Assembly: GCA_900088475.1 (NCBI GenBank)
Contig: FLMG01001430.1
Coordinates: forward strand, 1-44,560
Reading direction: 5' to 3'
Length of the DNA: 44,560 bases
Origin: Hyphochytrium catenoides
Lineage: Eukaryota; Protista; Hyphochytriomycota
Both the position numbers and the translations under genes were made by a program. Of the stretch, positions 1-14,830 are shown in pieces. Under the pieces are notes generated by a model. That model did not search any database and had not been told where the DNA came from. It saw only the letters and a program-made list of their open reading frames with translations. Position 1 is the first letter of the stretch. Every line of letters starts with the position of its first letter.

Positions 1-30
1 CCATCGCTAACTTAAAGCTATGGAGAACAG

Positions 31-2939
<2,909 letters not shown>

Positions 2940-3333
2940 AGGAACAACAAAAGCTGGAGAGAGGACACACGTACATTTGGAGAGAGGAAGAAGGGGCGCA
3001 CGGTCACCCTCTAGAAGGCTCAAGTGAACTCATTTTGGGAGATAAGAGCCACAAAAAAGTCAGTCTGGCGGCACTTAGAAAGACGAAATTGCGCCTGACA
3101 AAAGAAAAAGGTGCCAACTCAAGAGGCAAAGTGTAACAATGTGGAAAAAAAGACAGAGAAGGTCACGGAGATGAGGCCGAGAGTGTCTGTGAGAGAGAGA
3201 GAGAGAGAGCAGATGTCACCAGGAAATCTGCAGAAGAGAGAAGAAGAATAATTTGGAGTCACACAGGCAAGCTGCCAAAAGTGCGCGACAGGATCTTACT
3301 GACTTAAATAAGAACAACAAAAATAGGAACACC

Positions 3334-6300
3334 TCAGTGCATTCCTCCTTTCCCTCCTCCTGGAAGTGTTCTTGAGCTGCCCGCTCTCTCTGTGTCTCTC
3401 TCTCCCTCTTCTTCTGGCACAGCGTCAAGAATCTTCCTACCGAAGAGTAGACCTAATCTGCGCTCAGAGGAAGGATTAATAGGGGATTCTTCTTTCTCTT
3501 TGTCTTTGCCTTTCTCTTCTTCCTCCTCCTCCTCTTCATCTTCTCCCTTGCTGTCTGGCTCTGAGCTGCCATTTGAGGCTTCGTTATTGTCATCAACCGC
3601 TGTGGAGGAAGACCCACTACCAGAGGACTCTTCAGCACCTAGAAGAGAAAAGAAAGGTTAGGCTTGAATAGATGGCTGTTTGCCTCTTGTCTATCTCCCG
3701 TTCTTGGTCGTTTACGCCCTCTCCTAGTTTTCCCTTCATCATCTTTTGGTTCCTTGACCTCTCTCATCTTTCTTCCTCGCTCCTTTCTCTATTCTTTCTG
3801 CCTCTTTTCTTTTCCCTTCTCTTCTGTCTTCATTGCTGGCTGGTGCGTTGATCCTCGCTTCCTCCTCCTTACTGGCAGCGCTTATCGCATCCTTATCCAT
3901 CCCTTACCATTGTCGGCCCTCTCGTCTCCCAACCTCAAGGCATTCATCAAACGGTCGGCGTCTGTCTCTTTTGCTGGAGAGTCGGGCTTGGACTTCTTTC
4001 TCATGGGGGGAGCAGAAGATGTGCTCCGTCTTTTGCCTAAATTTCTCAGTGTCTCTTCTTCTGAAGAGGACGAGGAGCTGCTCAAATGGCAATAGAGGAA
4101 GAGTGTTTTATATATGTGTTTGAAGGGGTGAGTGTAGACAGAGAAGAGAGAGAGAAAGCAAGAAAGAAAGAGAGAGAGGAGAGAGAGAGAGAGAAAGCGA
4201 CAAACGGTTACTAATAGGATATGGCAAATGATGAGCACGACGCTTCGGCAAGAAGAGGGAGCATCATCGCGAGCGAAGGAGAGCACAGATCATCGTCCTT
4301 CACACACCTGCTTTCCTCCTCTTTGGTGCTTGATGCTTGTGCCTCTTCCTGGTTATCCTCAGCTTCCTCTGGGGCAGTCCTAACTACTTCAGGCGCGGGG
4401 CCTAAGAAGCCACGCAGAGGGTAAGAGATGGGTAGAGTGGATTGTCAGGATATGAGAGAGAGAGAGAGAGAAAGGAGAGTATGACACGTATCTTTACCTG
4501 CTTCTACTGCGGGCTCACTGCTGGCCTTCATGTGTCTCAGCGCTGTTGAAGGTAGTGAACTCATAATCTGCGCTACCTCCCATAGTCCCTCTTCCTCAGG
4601 CACGTTCCGTAATAACTTGGCAAAGTAACCGTAAGCATGCGTGCGCACCTACTGGTGGTGTCAGCGGAATCCCTTGCCTATGGAAGACAGATCTATGTTT
4701 TCCGTACCTGCACAGCTGTCTTTGTCTTGACAAGGTGTTGAATCTTCTTCCACTTGCGACCAAACTTCTCTAAGCCCTGAGGAAGCAGATACAAGCAGTG
4801 AGATGTTAACCAGAGTGAGAGAAAATAGAGAGAGAGAGAGTGAGAGCGAGAATGCGGATCAGGAAAGGTGCAAAGCAAAGGAAGCTTATACTGATAGTCT
4901 ATACTCAAGCTTCACGCTGCTAAGAGGATTGACTAACAAAATAGTCAAGCCGAGGAGCAGGAGGCGAAAGAAAGCGCGAGTCACTGCAGATCCGTCAAGA
5001 CAGTACCTCTAGGAACTTCTCATGCTCTTCCTTCGTCCATCTCTCCCGTCTTTTTGATGCTGAGCCGCCTGGTTCTAGAATTAGAAGAAGAAGAGTTAGC
5101 GCAGTGCACTAGCTAGGAGAGGCCACTTTCAGTGGAGTGCGCACTAAAATTTGTGATGACTCTCTATAAGAGAGGATGAGACACAGAAGCTGTGACCAAG
5201 TGCGGGACGTGCAACAGGAGAGATGGAATAGATGCGAGACGGGAGAGAAAATAAGAGAGAAACGATAAGATATAAACCTGAGCTGGCCGCAGCTGCACCC
5301 GTTTCTTCCCTCAGTCCACCTGCCATTTCTCTTCGTTGCTCCTCTCCCTGTGGCTGGTACCAGACTTGAGGGTGATGGGAGCTGGTGTCTGGTGTGCTAT
5401 AATAGGGATATTGATACAGCAGACCCGGGCCCCCTGATGAGGTCAGGCTCATCCCTAAAGGAGCCTGAAGAGCCTGCTTTCCTCTCTGCAGACAAGTGAT
5501 CAGGTAAAGGTATGTCGAATCAGTGACAGCACTAGGGCAAAACTCAAATTTTCTCCTCTCTGCTACCTGATCGAGAAAGCCCAAGTTGCCTGGGAACTGA
5601 TGGGACAGAAGAGTGGCCGCGGCCTGCTGTTCTGCTCTAAAGTCTCTTGGAACTCCTGGATGTGTGGGCACCTGTCGGCCCGCTGGGGCAGGTGAGGGAG
5701 ACTTTGAAGTGGTGGCATGCTTCTCCTGAAACGCAACCGGAAGACCAAGACAGATGCAAACAGCGGTACACAGCAGGTGATTTAGTTAAAGAAATGAAAT
5801 AGCGAGGATAGTCCTACTTTAGACGAGGGAAGACGAGAGACTCCTAAACTGGACAGGAGGACCAATGCGGGGGAGACACATACAGAGAAAAGCAAGAGAC
5901 CCAACAGGAAAATGGTCCAGACCCCGAGGGCAGACTTGCCTGACAGTGTAGACAAAAGACGAGAATGGAAAGGAGAGACTAACACATACAGACACGGAAA
6001 AAGAGAAAATGTGAAAGGTAGAGAGCTTACCATCTGGTGTCCTGGGTGTCTCTTTGGTGTCCCGCCTGCTGCTGAAGGTCTGGGGGGCAGGTTTGCACTC
6101 TGCGGGAGCTGAGATAGCTGTGTCCCGCCCACAGAGACGTCTGAAGAATACGTGGGGCCTAATAACCTATCTGCTTGGTATGGATGGCATTCCCGAAGAT
6201 AGGGAAGAGGTGGAGAAGCCGTCGGACGGAGGCAAAAAGTAGTGGAGGATAAGTGAGAGGCATGCCCTGCAAGAATGAAATCCTGTCGAACCCTAGAAAT

Positions 6301-7162
6301 CCAGGGCGACCCGGAGTGTGTGGTTCCGACATACTGAAAGCCGTACAAAGGCTCAAGGTGAGAAGATAGACCAGACCGCCGGACGTAAACGACAGAAGGG
6401 ATGGAACAAGCCGCTCGCGATCAGACAAAACTCTTACCTATACTACCTAGACCTCTACTCTCTCCTGTCCCTGACAGCATCTGAGACTGGAACTGAAGGG
6501 CCGACGGCGCGCTAAAGCTCCTCTGCTGGTTCTGGCTAGAACCAGATGCAGGCATTTTCACACTTCCACCTCCAAGGTCAGTGGAAGACTGACCGGGAAG
6601 AGGAAGATAGCTCCTCATTCCCGATGAGGGAAGCATATGGCCTAACATCTGTGTCGGGACAAGCCTGCCATGGGATAGAGAAGGAGGGAGAGACTCCCCT
6701 CGAGAGGAAGGAGCAGACGTTTCTGGTTGGTTCTGGCTCTTTCTGTGGTCCAGGAGATCTCGTACGCCAGGAAGAGGGTTGGAAAACCTTCTTCCCTGGC
6801 TTTCTTCTGGGTAGCCTTCGACAGGCGGTCGACTGAACCTTGAGACTAATGTATCGAGCCGCTACCAAGTTGAAGGATGTTGTTAAGAGAAACAGCAATC
6901 AGTGAGTCGAACAAGAGAAGGAGAGAGAGAGAAGGGGAAAGAGAGAGAAAGAGGGAGGAAAGGAGAGTGAGATGTCAAGCGCGATAGAAGAGAGAGAAAG
7001 GTTGACCGCGATGATCAAACATAACAGCGTGAGGCTCTTTTGCAGCCATAGCATTGTAAGAGGACTCCGTACCTGTTGCTGAGGTTGTTGGGGTTGCCCC
7101 CTCTGGCCAGCTGCATCCTCCAGCTGATTTGAAGTGCCAGGGGGATACCTCCCAGGCCTCAT
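3334..7162 (-). CDS. Single-repeat MYB (SHAQKYF class, CCA1/LHY/RVE-like) transcription factor with long disordered flanks
   Basis: Exons 5074-5007, ~4776-4708 and 4648-4497 splice to SKRRERWTKEEHEKFLEGLEKFGRKWKKIQHLVKTKTAVQVRTHAYGYFAKLLRN. Upstream exons (7162-7073, ~6861-6438, ~6266-6031, ~5726-5567, ~5486-5278) and downstream exons join in phase. Stop TGA at 3336-3334. Start codon and the last junction are less certain. Confidence 0.85.
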
Positions 7163-8740
7163 CCTAGGCATAAGACACAAGCACACACAGAAGTGCGGCG
7201 ATGGGGAGTGGCCGATGTCGTTGTGAGACAGCGAGGGAGACCCACCAAAGGAAACGGAGAGTGGAGAAAGGGCGAAGCGAGAGGAAGAGCCAGTCGACGA
7301 GGAACAGATTAGTTTGGCAATCATGAGAATGGTCAACGGCCCGGTCTTACCTTCCCTGAAGCCGAAGGCTTGCAAAGGGAGGAGCCTCTGTTTCCTACTG
7401 TGGAAAGGTGAATATTATAAGCCTCCTCACGTAAACAAACACAGCGAGGCGTGTGTGCATAAAGAATGATGCGTAGAGTGTTGACCTTACCCCAGAGACA
7501 GAGCGCCAAATGACTACTCGAGGCAACATGCGAAGAGATAGCAGGAAAGATAGCAGCACGATCACCTGTCCGCCTTCTTAAGTACTAACCTATGGAGATC
7601 CTGCTCAGGTAACTTTCAGACTTCCCCAGCGGCCCATTTCCATCCTACACGTTCACAGGGAGACAAACAAGAGAGAGTTGGCAAAGCCGGGAATGGCGGA
7701 AGAAAGTGAGAAGAGGTCGAAGAAGCAGAAGGAACATGGATAAACGGGGGAGCGAGCCATCAGCTTGCGCTATGAGATGCACAATCTCTTCGTCAAGCCT
7801 TACCTATGATCGACACTAGTATGACCCTTCCATCCAAGGTAAAAGGAGAAAGGAGAGAAGAATGAGAGACCGAAGGCGCCACCGATACTAAGAGTCTTCC
7901 CGCCAGATGATAGGAGAAAGTCAGGGTCTGAATGATTTGAGAGCCTCAGACCGGTACCATTAAGAGGTTCGCCGAAGAGTGGTAGCGGTGAGACAAAGAG
8001 AGAGCTCGAGTAGCCGCGAGCACTTGGCTCACAGAGACGGCCAGCGAGGTCTCATGCTCCCCACCTGCCGACAGGGAGGTTCTATAACTTAACCCTCGGC
8101 CTAGAGGAGAACAGAAGTCAAGAGAGGAGCGTTAGCACATTCGAGGAAGAACAAGCAGAGAGTGCTAGATGAAGGCATAAGTAGGGAGGTAGGGCGACGA
8201 ATGACGGGTTGGCGCAAAGAATAAACCCTCTATAAGGGAAGATAGGTTAAGTCGTCTAAGTCTAGCGGTAAAGGGCTGGCGGGGGAGAGGCAAGAGGCGG
8301 CGTAAGGTATCTAATCGATGTCCCTGTGTTGGGGATGGACCCTACCTCCACTAGCTGCTATCAAGAGCGAAAGCTTAAGAAGCGGTGAGACTTAAGGGAG
8401 ATAGACAAGAAACAGAGAAGGCAGACACAGAGATCGGCTTCGGGTCTAAAGCTCAGTGGTGTTCGGCATAGGCAAGGACCAGATCTCGAAGCAGACTCTC
8501 ATCGCGCTTGGGCGAAGTGGGAGAAGAGCCACGAATGGCAGCAAGGGCGGAGGGCAGAGGCCAAAGATATGGTGATCGTGTTGGTCCTAGGCTAGTGCTC
8601 GTTCGATCGCTTCCTGCTGATGGCGAGCTTGGGTCCTCTTCCTTGGCTACAGCAGCACCGGCCGCGTATAGCAAACAGTCAAAAGGGGAGAGGGGCCTGA
8701 AGGAGAGAAAGAAGAGATCGAAAGGCGAACGAGAAGTCAA

Positions 8741-8799
8741 GAGACAGAGACAGAGAGAGAGAGAGAGAGAAGAGAGAGAGAAGAGAGAGAGAGAGAGAG
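8741..8799. repeat. (GA)n microsatellite
   Basis: Imperfect GA run. Confidence 0.9.
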
Positions 8800-10870
8800 C
8801 AGGGCAATGGTCTTTCTTTGTTTTCCCCCTGTCTTTCATGGTCTTCATCTGGCTTTGTCGCCGCTTGTCTCTCCGCTTCGCCTGCCTTTCCCGCTGCCTT
8901 CGCTCCTCTTCTCTCTCCTCCTGCTCTCCTTTTCTCTCCCTTCACTGCTCCTCCTCCTGCTGCTTCATTTGTATTTCCTCGACAATCGCCGCCTAGACAA
9001 ACCTCTGAATCAACCTCTGTCTCTACCCTAAAACTTTAATAAAGCCCAGAGAGCTATAACTCTTGACAGCCACTGTCTCGCTCCATCTTTCTTATCTCAC
9101 CTAGACTTTCACCTCCTTTCAAGTGTTCAAGGTCTCGAAGAATCAAAGGCTAAAATGATGGTATTACGGAGTTAGAAGCTAGAGGTCCTAGGTTGAACTC
9201 CGTTATCCGGTTGTGTCTTAGTCCATACATTCATTAGCAGGTACCAAAGTTCATTCAAAAAGGGTCATAACGGGGATTTAGAAAATAAAAACGAGCAAGC
9301 CACCAACCACTTCCTCTCCCCATCGAACGTGTGGGAGGGGTTTCGAGAGTCCGAATTCCTGTATTTTGGCTATTCCCCTACAGAACGATTATCGCTGATA
9401 ACAGTAAAATAGCTTGCCAAACAACTTCATATCTCGAATACCACTCAAACTTTGGGCCTGGCCTTTTGAATTTGGCTCGGAGTGTTGAGGGTCTGTATCA
9501 TAGCGGAACAGGTGTTGTGTTTGGCTACATCCCTGCCTCCGTCCAACCTCACAATCTATAAAAACGCTTCGGAAAACAAAGGGAACACACTGATGGTAAC
9601 AAACAAGGGGGAGGTGCCCACCCCCAGTCAGTGAGGCCACAGTACATATATAATATACGGTGAAAGCTTTACTGTACTAGGAAGAGCGACGACGCTCACC
9701 TCAGAGCTAACGGATATTCTAGAGATTCTACGGTAATATTCCTAATCTTTGTACGGATGACAACCTTGCAAAACCCCAAAGTGGTGATATGATATTTTTT
9801 ATGATTGCCTGGTATTTACCGCTTTCAGTCATAGGAATCATGCACTTTGGCCCTGGTCTGATGCTATAACTGACCACTTTGCTTTCTCTCTTTTGCCATC
9901 TCTTGAGATCTACCTCCCACACATTCCCCTTTCTACCTTGGTGCCGCTCTGTCTCGCACTCTGTCACTGTTCCGTCTCGTAGCTTCCTACCCTTCAATCC
10001 AGGTTGAGTGCTGTGTCCTTCCCCGCTCTTTGGCTCTCCCCTCCCCTATCAACACATCGACATACAGAACCAAATTTCACACTGCAAGAAACAGGGTAGA
10101 ATTACAATGATGATGATGCTGCACCCTCCGCTATTTTCCGCTCTCTGTCTCTTCATCTCTCGCGTTCTAAGAGCTCCTCTCAACTCCCACTCTATCGGCA
10201 GCAGCACTCTGTCTCGTTGTTTGTCCTTTGATTCCTTGCACCATGAGTGAACTGGCCATCTGCGGGGGCAAAGGCAAGTGGGATTTTGAAATTCAAAAGC
10301 TTCGGCCCGTTTCCGCGGTTGTCAAAAATGATAAATGACAGCTATAGTTGACTCAAAAGTGAAGCTCATGTTCTGGTAGTGTAAAGTTAGGGGTGCCTGT
10401 ATTGTCAATTTATTGTCAATTATTGTTCTGTCCGTTATTGCACTTGTTGAGCTTCTTGCGGTCTGCTCCTACGACAGACAGACTTTCTTGTCTAACTCAT
10501 CACTTCTTTCAAGGCAAGCAGAGTCTTCTCTCCTGTTTCTCTTCTCCTCTGTCTCTTGGAGGCTTCACGCTCCCACAGGGCTCTTCGAGGTCAACTCTGC
10601 CTCGTGAAGGTTCCCCATTCCCTACTTTCTCTTTCGGGATCTCTTTCCGGCGATTCGTGTTCGTGCTTTTTGCACCTGACCGCGTGGATGTAAGGGTTGG
10701 ATCACAAGCTCGTTGTCCTATTCCCCAATTGAACCTTTTGGGGTCTTTAGGTAGGGAGTTGGTGCCAGCCTATGCTATTTCATCTGGTCCTTTGCCTGTC
10801 CCACGGAAGCAGGTATAACCTATTGGCTGATCCATCTCTTAAGGTTCCTTTTAACCCCAGTAGAGACACC

Positions 10871-13832
10871 ATGGCTGGCAAGCAGAGGCCTGCCAAAGTC
10901 TATCGTGATTCTAACGCCTGCCAAAGGAGGGACGAAGACAAGCCCAGTGTCTGCCGGCATGTCAGAATCCGACCGTCACCTAGTCCGGCCCGTCGGAATG
11001 AGCTCTCAGATTTCCTGGTAGAGTACTCCGTTGTCGGTGCCTCAGAGGGCCATCACCCTCTCGTCATTTCTGTCTGTCCACTTCTTTCTCTGCTTGGAGG
11101 CCCTTTTTTGGTTATCTACAGATGGCTTTGTTCTCTCTTAGCTCTCCGTCTTGACTGACCACCCTTCGGCCACTCCTCTTTGGATAGCCACCCCTGGTAA
11201 CTGGAAGCCTGGTCGCATCTTCTCTTTCTCTCTGTGTTCTCTCTCCTTGTCCCCAGCTACTCAGACAAGTAGGCCTTCTTACACCCATTGTGCTCATCTT
11301 AGAATACGGAGGACATTGCACTGGTAAAGGACTTCATGGAACACGGGGGCCGGATAACACAGAAGCTTAATAAGACGGCAGTGGCGGTCAGAAGATCCCC
11401 TGCAGAGAGAGAAGAGGAGCGCATTGCCGCCCTTCTCTTTCAACAACAGGAAATGGACATCGTGGATCTCTCACACCAACGAATAGGTGGGATGCACGGC
11501 TAACTTTCTGCATTGCATCTTAGGCATTGAGAACTTTCTCTGTCTCTAAACTGCTGATCATTCTCTGCTCCTCACTATTTAGGGTCACCCTCTTCCGAAA
11601 ACTTCTGTCATCACGTCTTAAAATCTCCTTCCTTGTGCACGTTCCATGTTCCCCACTGATATGTTGCGGCAAATGACGCCAATCCTTTACTCTCGCCTCT
11701 CCATCCTGCTCCATGGTGTTGCTTCCTGTTCTTTCACACTGCGATCAACGTAGAGGGCTCCTTACGCTTTGGAACGCAGTTTGGCCTGCTACGCATTTTG
11801 GACCTTTCACACAATGGGCTGACGACTTTGAAAGGAGTGGAACACTTAGCTTCCCTCAGGTAGACTCCATGGGGATAAGGAGGCCCAACTAGTGAATGCA
11901 ATCAGGCCCGAGAGGACGTGGATAGGGCGCTAGGGGTTAGCCAACGTGGGGACAAGTTAAATTTAGCAGAAAGAGTACGAAGCACACCGCATTATAAAGA
12001 GAGGGGAGAATAGACGGTTGGCTAACGCATAGCTTTGGCCCTGTACAAAAGGGAGCTTAACGCTAGCCATAATAAGCTTCGGAGCACCCAAGGCCTGGAG
12101 AAGAATAGTCAACTAGAAATACTGAGGGTGGCGCATAACAGGTAGGCCAACAGACACAAGGTCAGAGCTAGAGGCAGAGACGCAGTGTTTCGAACAGGCA
12201 GATCCCAAAACTGTCATACAGAATGAAGCAGAAGGACGTCTATAAAAGACATGTTAGGATAGGTAATGACTGTCATTGCACAGGATAATGTTTGTCTCGG
12301 GTCTAGAGAGTGTTCTGAAGCTCACCCTTCTGGATGTCTCTCACAATCTCCTCACCAAGTAAGTTCGCTCTAACAATTCCTGCCACTCTCTGGTTAGCCA
12401 GCACTTGTTCTTGAAGGTCTCCTTTTGTCGCCTGTGTTGCCTCTATCCTGGTACTCGAATCTCCTACTGGATCGTCAGTCACCTCAAACAAGATTAAACC
12501 TTAGCCTTCCTTGCATACAGCCTTTCTGACATCAGAAGCCTTTCGCTAAATACCGCGTTAGCCCAGCTTTACTTGGAGGTCAGAAGCAGGGCCAGCATTC
12601 TCGTTGCCTCCACATGTGTCCGTTGCTCTAAATATGTTGTGCTCCTCCGTCCCCGTCTCATTACCACGGCATTTACCATCCGTCAATGTTCCGTGTAAGC
12701 TTTATCTGTTACCGTCTAAGTTTAGCCCTTACATCTGCAGGGAAACCCGCTTGTTCTTAAGCCGAACTTAGTTCTGATTCTCCCTGACCTGGTAGGTGGA
12801 CCACAAAGAATAAGTATATCACTTCCACCGTTGCTCGAATTTGTGCCGCGATCAAGAGGGTAACATCTCACAGGAAATATAATGCTTTCATCAACAGATT
12901 CCAAGTCTTCAAGCGCTAGATCAGGTAGTCCTCAGTAAGAGTAAGAGGGGTGCTAAGCGCGCGTCTAGGTTCTCACCGCAGAGTAAGTTGGAGCACCCTG
13001 TTTATGCCTTGTCCCGTCTACAGTCTGCTACTCGCTTCCTTCTTTTCGTCTTATTATCTGTCTATAGTCTGCTACTCGCTACTTACCCTTCCTTGTTTTC
13101 TCTCTGTCTATGAGTATGCTGCCTTCGGTCTTTATCCAGAACTCAAGACAATGAACCTTTCCACATTTAACTGGACAGGACCAAGGTCTGCAAGATCGTT
13201 AACGCAGCTCCAAACTGCGCGACCAAGTTCTGCAAGACTGCTAACGCAGCCCCAACTTGGGCCTACGAAAGGAAGGCATTCTCCTGCTCTTCAGCCAAAA
13301 GAGACCATACTCCATGTCACTGAAGGTATGTGCAGCCGCCTGTAATGGTGATAATTGTGTGGAAAGAAAGAGCTACGGAATTTGAGAAGGCTTGCAAAGG
13401 AAAGGACGGATGAGCGATGTTTAAAACTAAGCTTAGAGATGTTGCTATTCAATGATGGACCGTGCTAGTCCCATAGACAGATAGAAGTGGATTATGGAAA
13501 GGACGAGGTGGCGTCGTCTAAGTTTTTGAACAAGAGTCATGCTAAGGGCTCACTGTCTTCGGTAAGGCCCGTCGCAGACAGCTCACGAGGAGGCGGAAGA
13601 GCTCCATGACGAACCCAAAGTCAAGCAGGAGGAAGCACCCACGACAAGCCACCCTCCTACCGTCTTTCCGCCATCGGAACTACCCGGCAGCCGCGACGCC
13701 CATCAAATTCAATTAATAGAGCTCTGTCAGGCGCTAGAATCAGTTATTGAAAGGAAGCAGGACGTCATCCGCAGGCTAAAGAGTACCCGAGGAGACTATC
13801 ACAGAACGCCAAGACGACTCTCAGGAGCATAA
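10871..13832 (+). CDS. Leucine-rich-repeat protein (SDS22-like LRRs + LRRcap) with disordered C-tail
   Basis: Spliced exons give LRILDLSHNGLTTLKGVEHLASL, RELNASHNKLRSTQGLE, LEILRVAHNRI, LTLLDVSHNLLT, LYLEGNPL and an LRRcap-like IPSLQALD. Last exon ~13582-13832 ends QLIELCQALESVIERKQDVIRRLKS...GA*. The 3' junctions are less certain. Confidence 0.8.
13179..13258 (+). repeat. Imperfect 42-bp in-frame tandem duplication in the LRR gene
   Basis: gaccaaggtctgcaagatcgttaacgcagctccaaact (13179) versus gaccaagttctgcaagactgctaacgcagccccaactt (13221), encoding PRSARSLTQLQ / PSSARLLTQPQ. Confidence 0.85.
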
Positions 13833-14709
13833 AGTGGCACGACTAAAGAAGCAGACGAGAACGATTCCAGCCGTCAATCCATGTCGAGCTCTACAAGTGA
13901 CTCCTATCTTGGCTCCCCCCAAAGCTGAGGATGAATCCCTCGCGGTACACGTTCACAAACAGCAAGTGCCTGGAAGGCGGAACGTCAGCGTGGAGGCAGA
14001 TATTCAGGTCAGGTCCCAAGAAGACTTGCGCGAGCTGAAGCTTAGCTTCACATGGAATTTAGAGACGGCTATTAGATGCAATCGCAAATTGCTTCGTCTT
14101 GGCTCTCCGTTGTAAGACTCTGCTGCCGCTCGCGCTCACTCTGCCCCAAGTGTCAAATTGGTTGGGGCCAAGGACAACCGCATTACTTCTTTCAGCATAC
14201 CATGCATTTGTCGGTGCTCTTGCAGACCCATTTCCGAGTGTGCAGACAATGCTCTGCCTTTTGTTCGGAAGTGGAACCAGGGAATCTGTTCACGGAACGA
14301 TCTTGTTTATCATTAACAGGCATGGCATTCGAAGACCCATGCTCCACTATCAGAATACCTGGGATGTAGAAGCAGAGTATAGGCAGTGATGAAGGGCAGT
14401 GTAAGGACTAGGCTTGTGGCGTGCTTAACAACTTCCTTTCATGAAAAGCAATAAAGAAGGCCCTAGCTTCTCCATAAAATCGACTGATGGAATACAATGA
14501 TCCTGCTTAGGCAGACCATCACAAGACACTTATGGAGGTTCAATGTCCTGTCCAGGCTAGCCACATGGTAGCCATCATCCCAAAGATGAGCGCATCAAAG
14601 CTGTCCAACAACTCCACTTGACCAAAGCATCGATCAGGCTCTTTCTTTACTAGGCCGAGATGACCATCATCACAACGCCCACCACATAGAACCGAACCCC
14701 ATCACAAGC

Positions 14710-14830
14710 TTGCCGCCAACCAATCGCCTTGTCCTTTGGCGCCCATCTCTCCATCACTCAACAGCACAACGTCCCGGCATCATTATTGTAAGGTTTGCCG
14801 CCTATCAGAATCCTTGTCCTTTGGCGCCAT
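14710..14830. repeat. Two-copy direct repeat, 85-bp period
   Basis: CCTTGTCCTTTGGCGCC is exact at 14727-14743 and 14812-14828. Each copy is preceded by TTGCCGCC 17 bp upstream. Confidence 0.85.

Noticed and set aside
13562-13577. Apparent 16-nt micro-intron GTAAGG...GCAG in the LRR gene
   Set aside because: An ordinary intron 13326-13581 restores the frame without it.
14386-14487. GTGATGA...CTGA pair with a partial 18S-complementary guide (TCCATAAAATCGA)
   Set aside because: No terminal stem, the guide needs a mismatch plus wobbles, and the predicted site is not a modification I know. Such box pairs are expected by chance in 44 kb.
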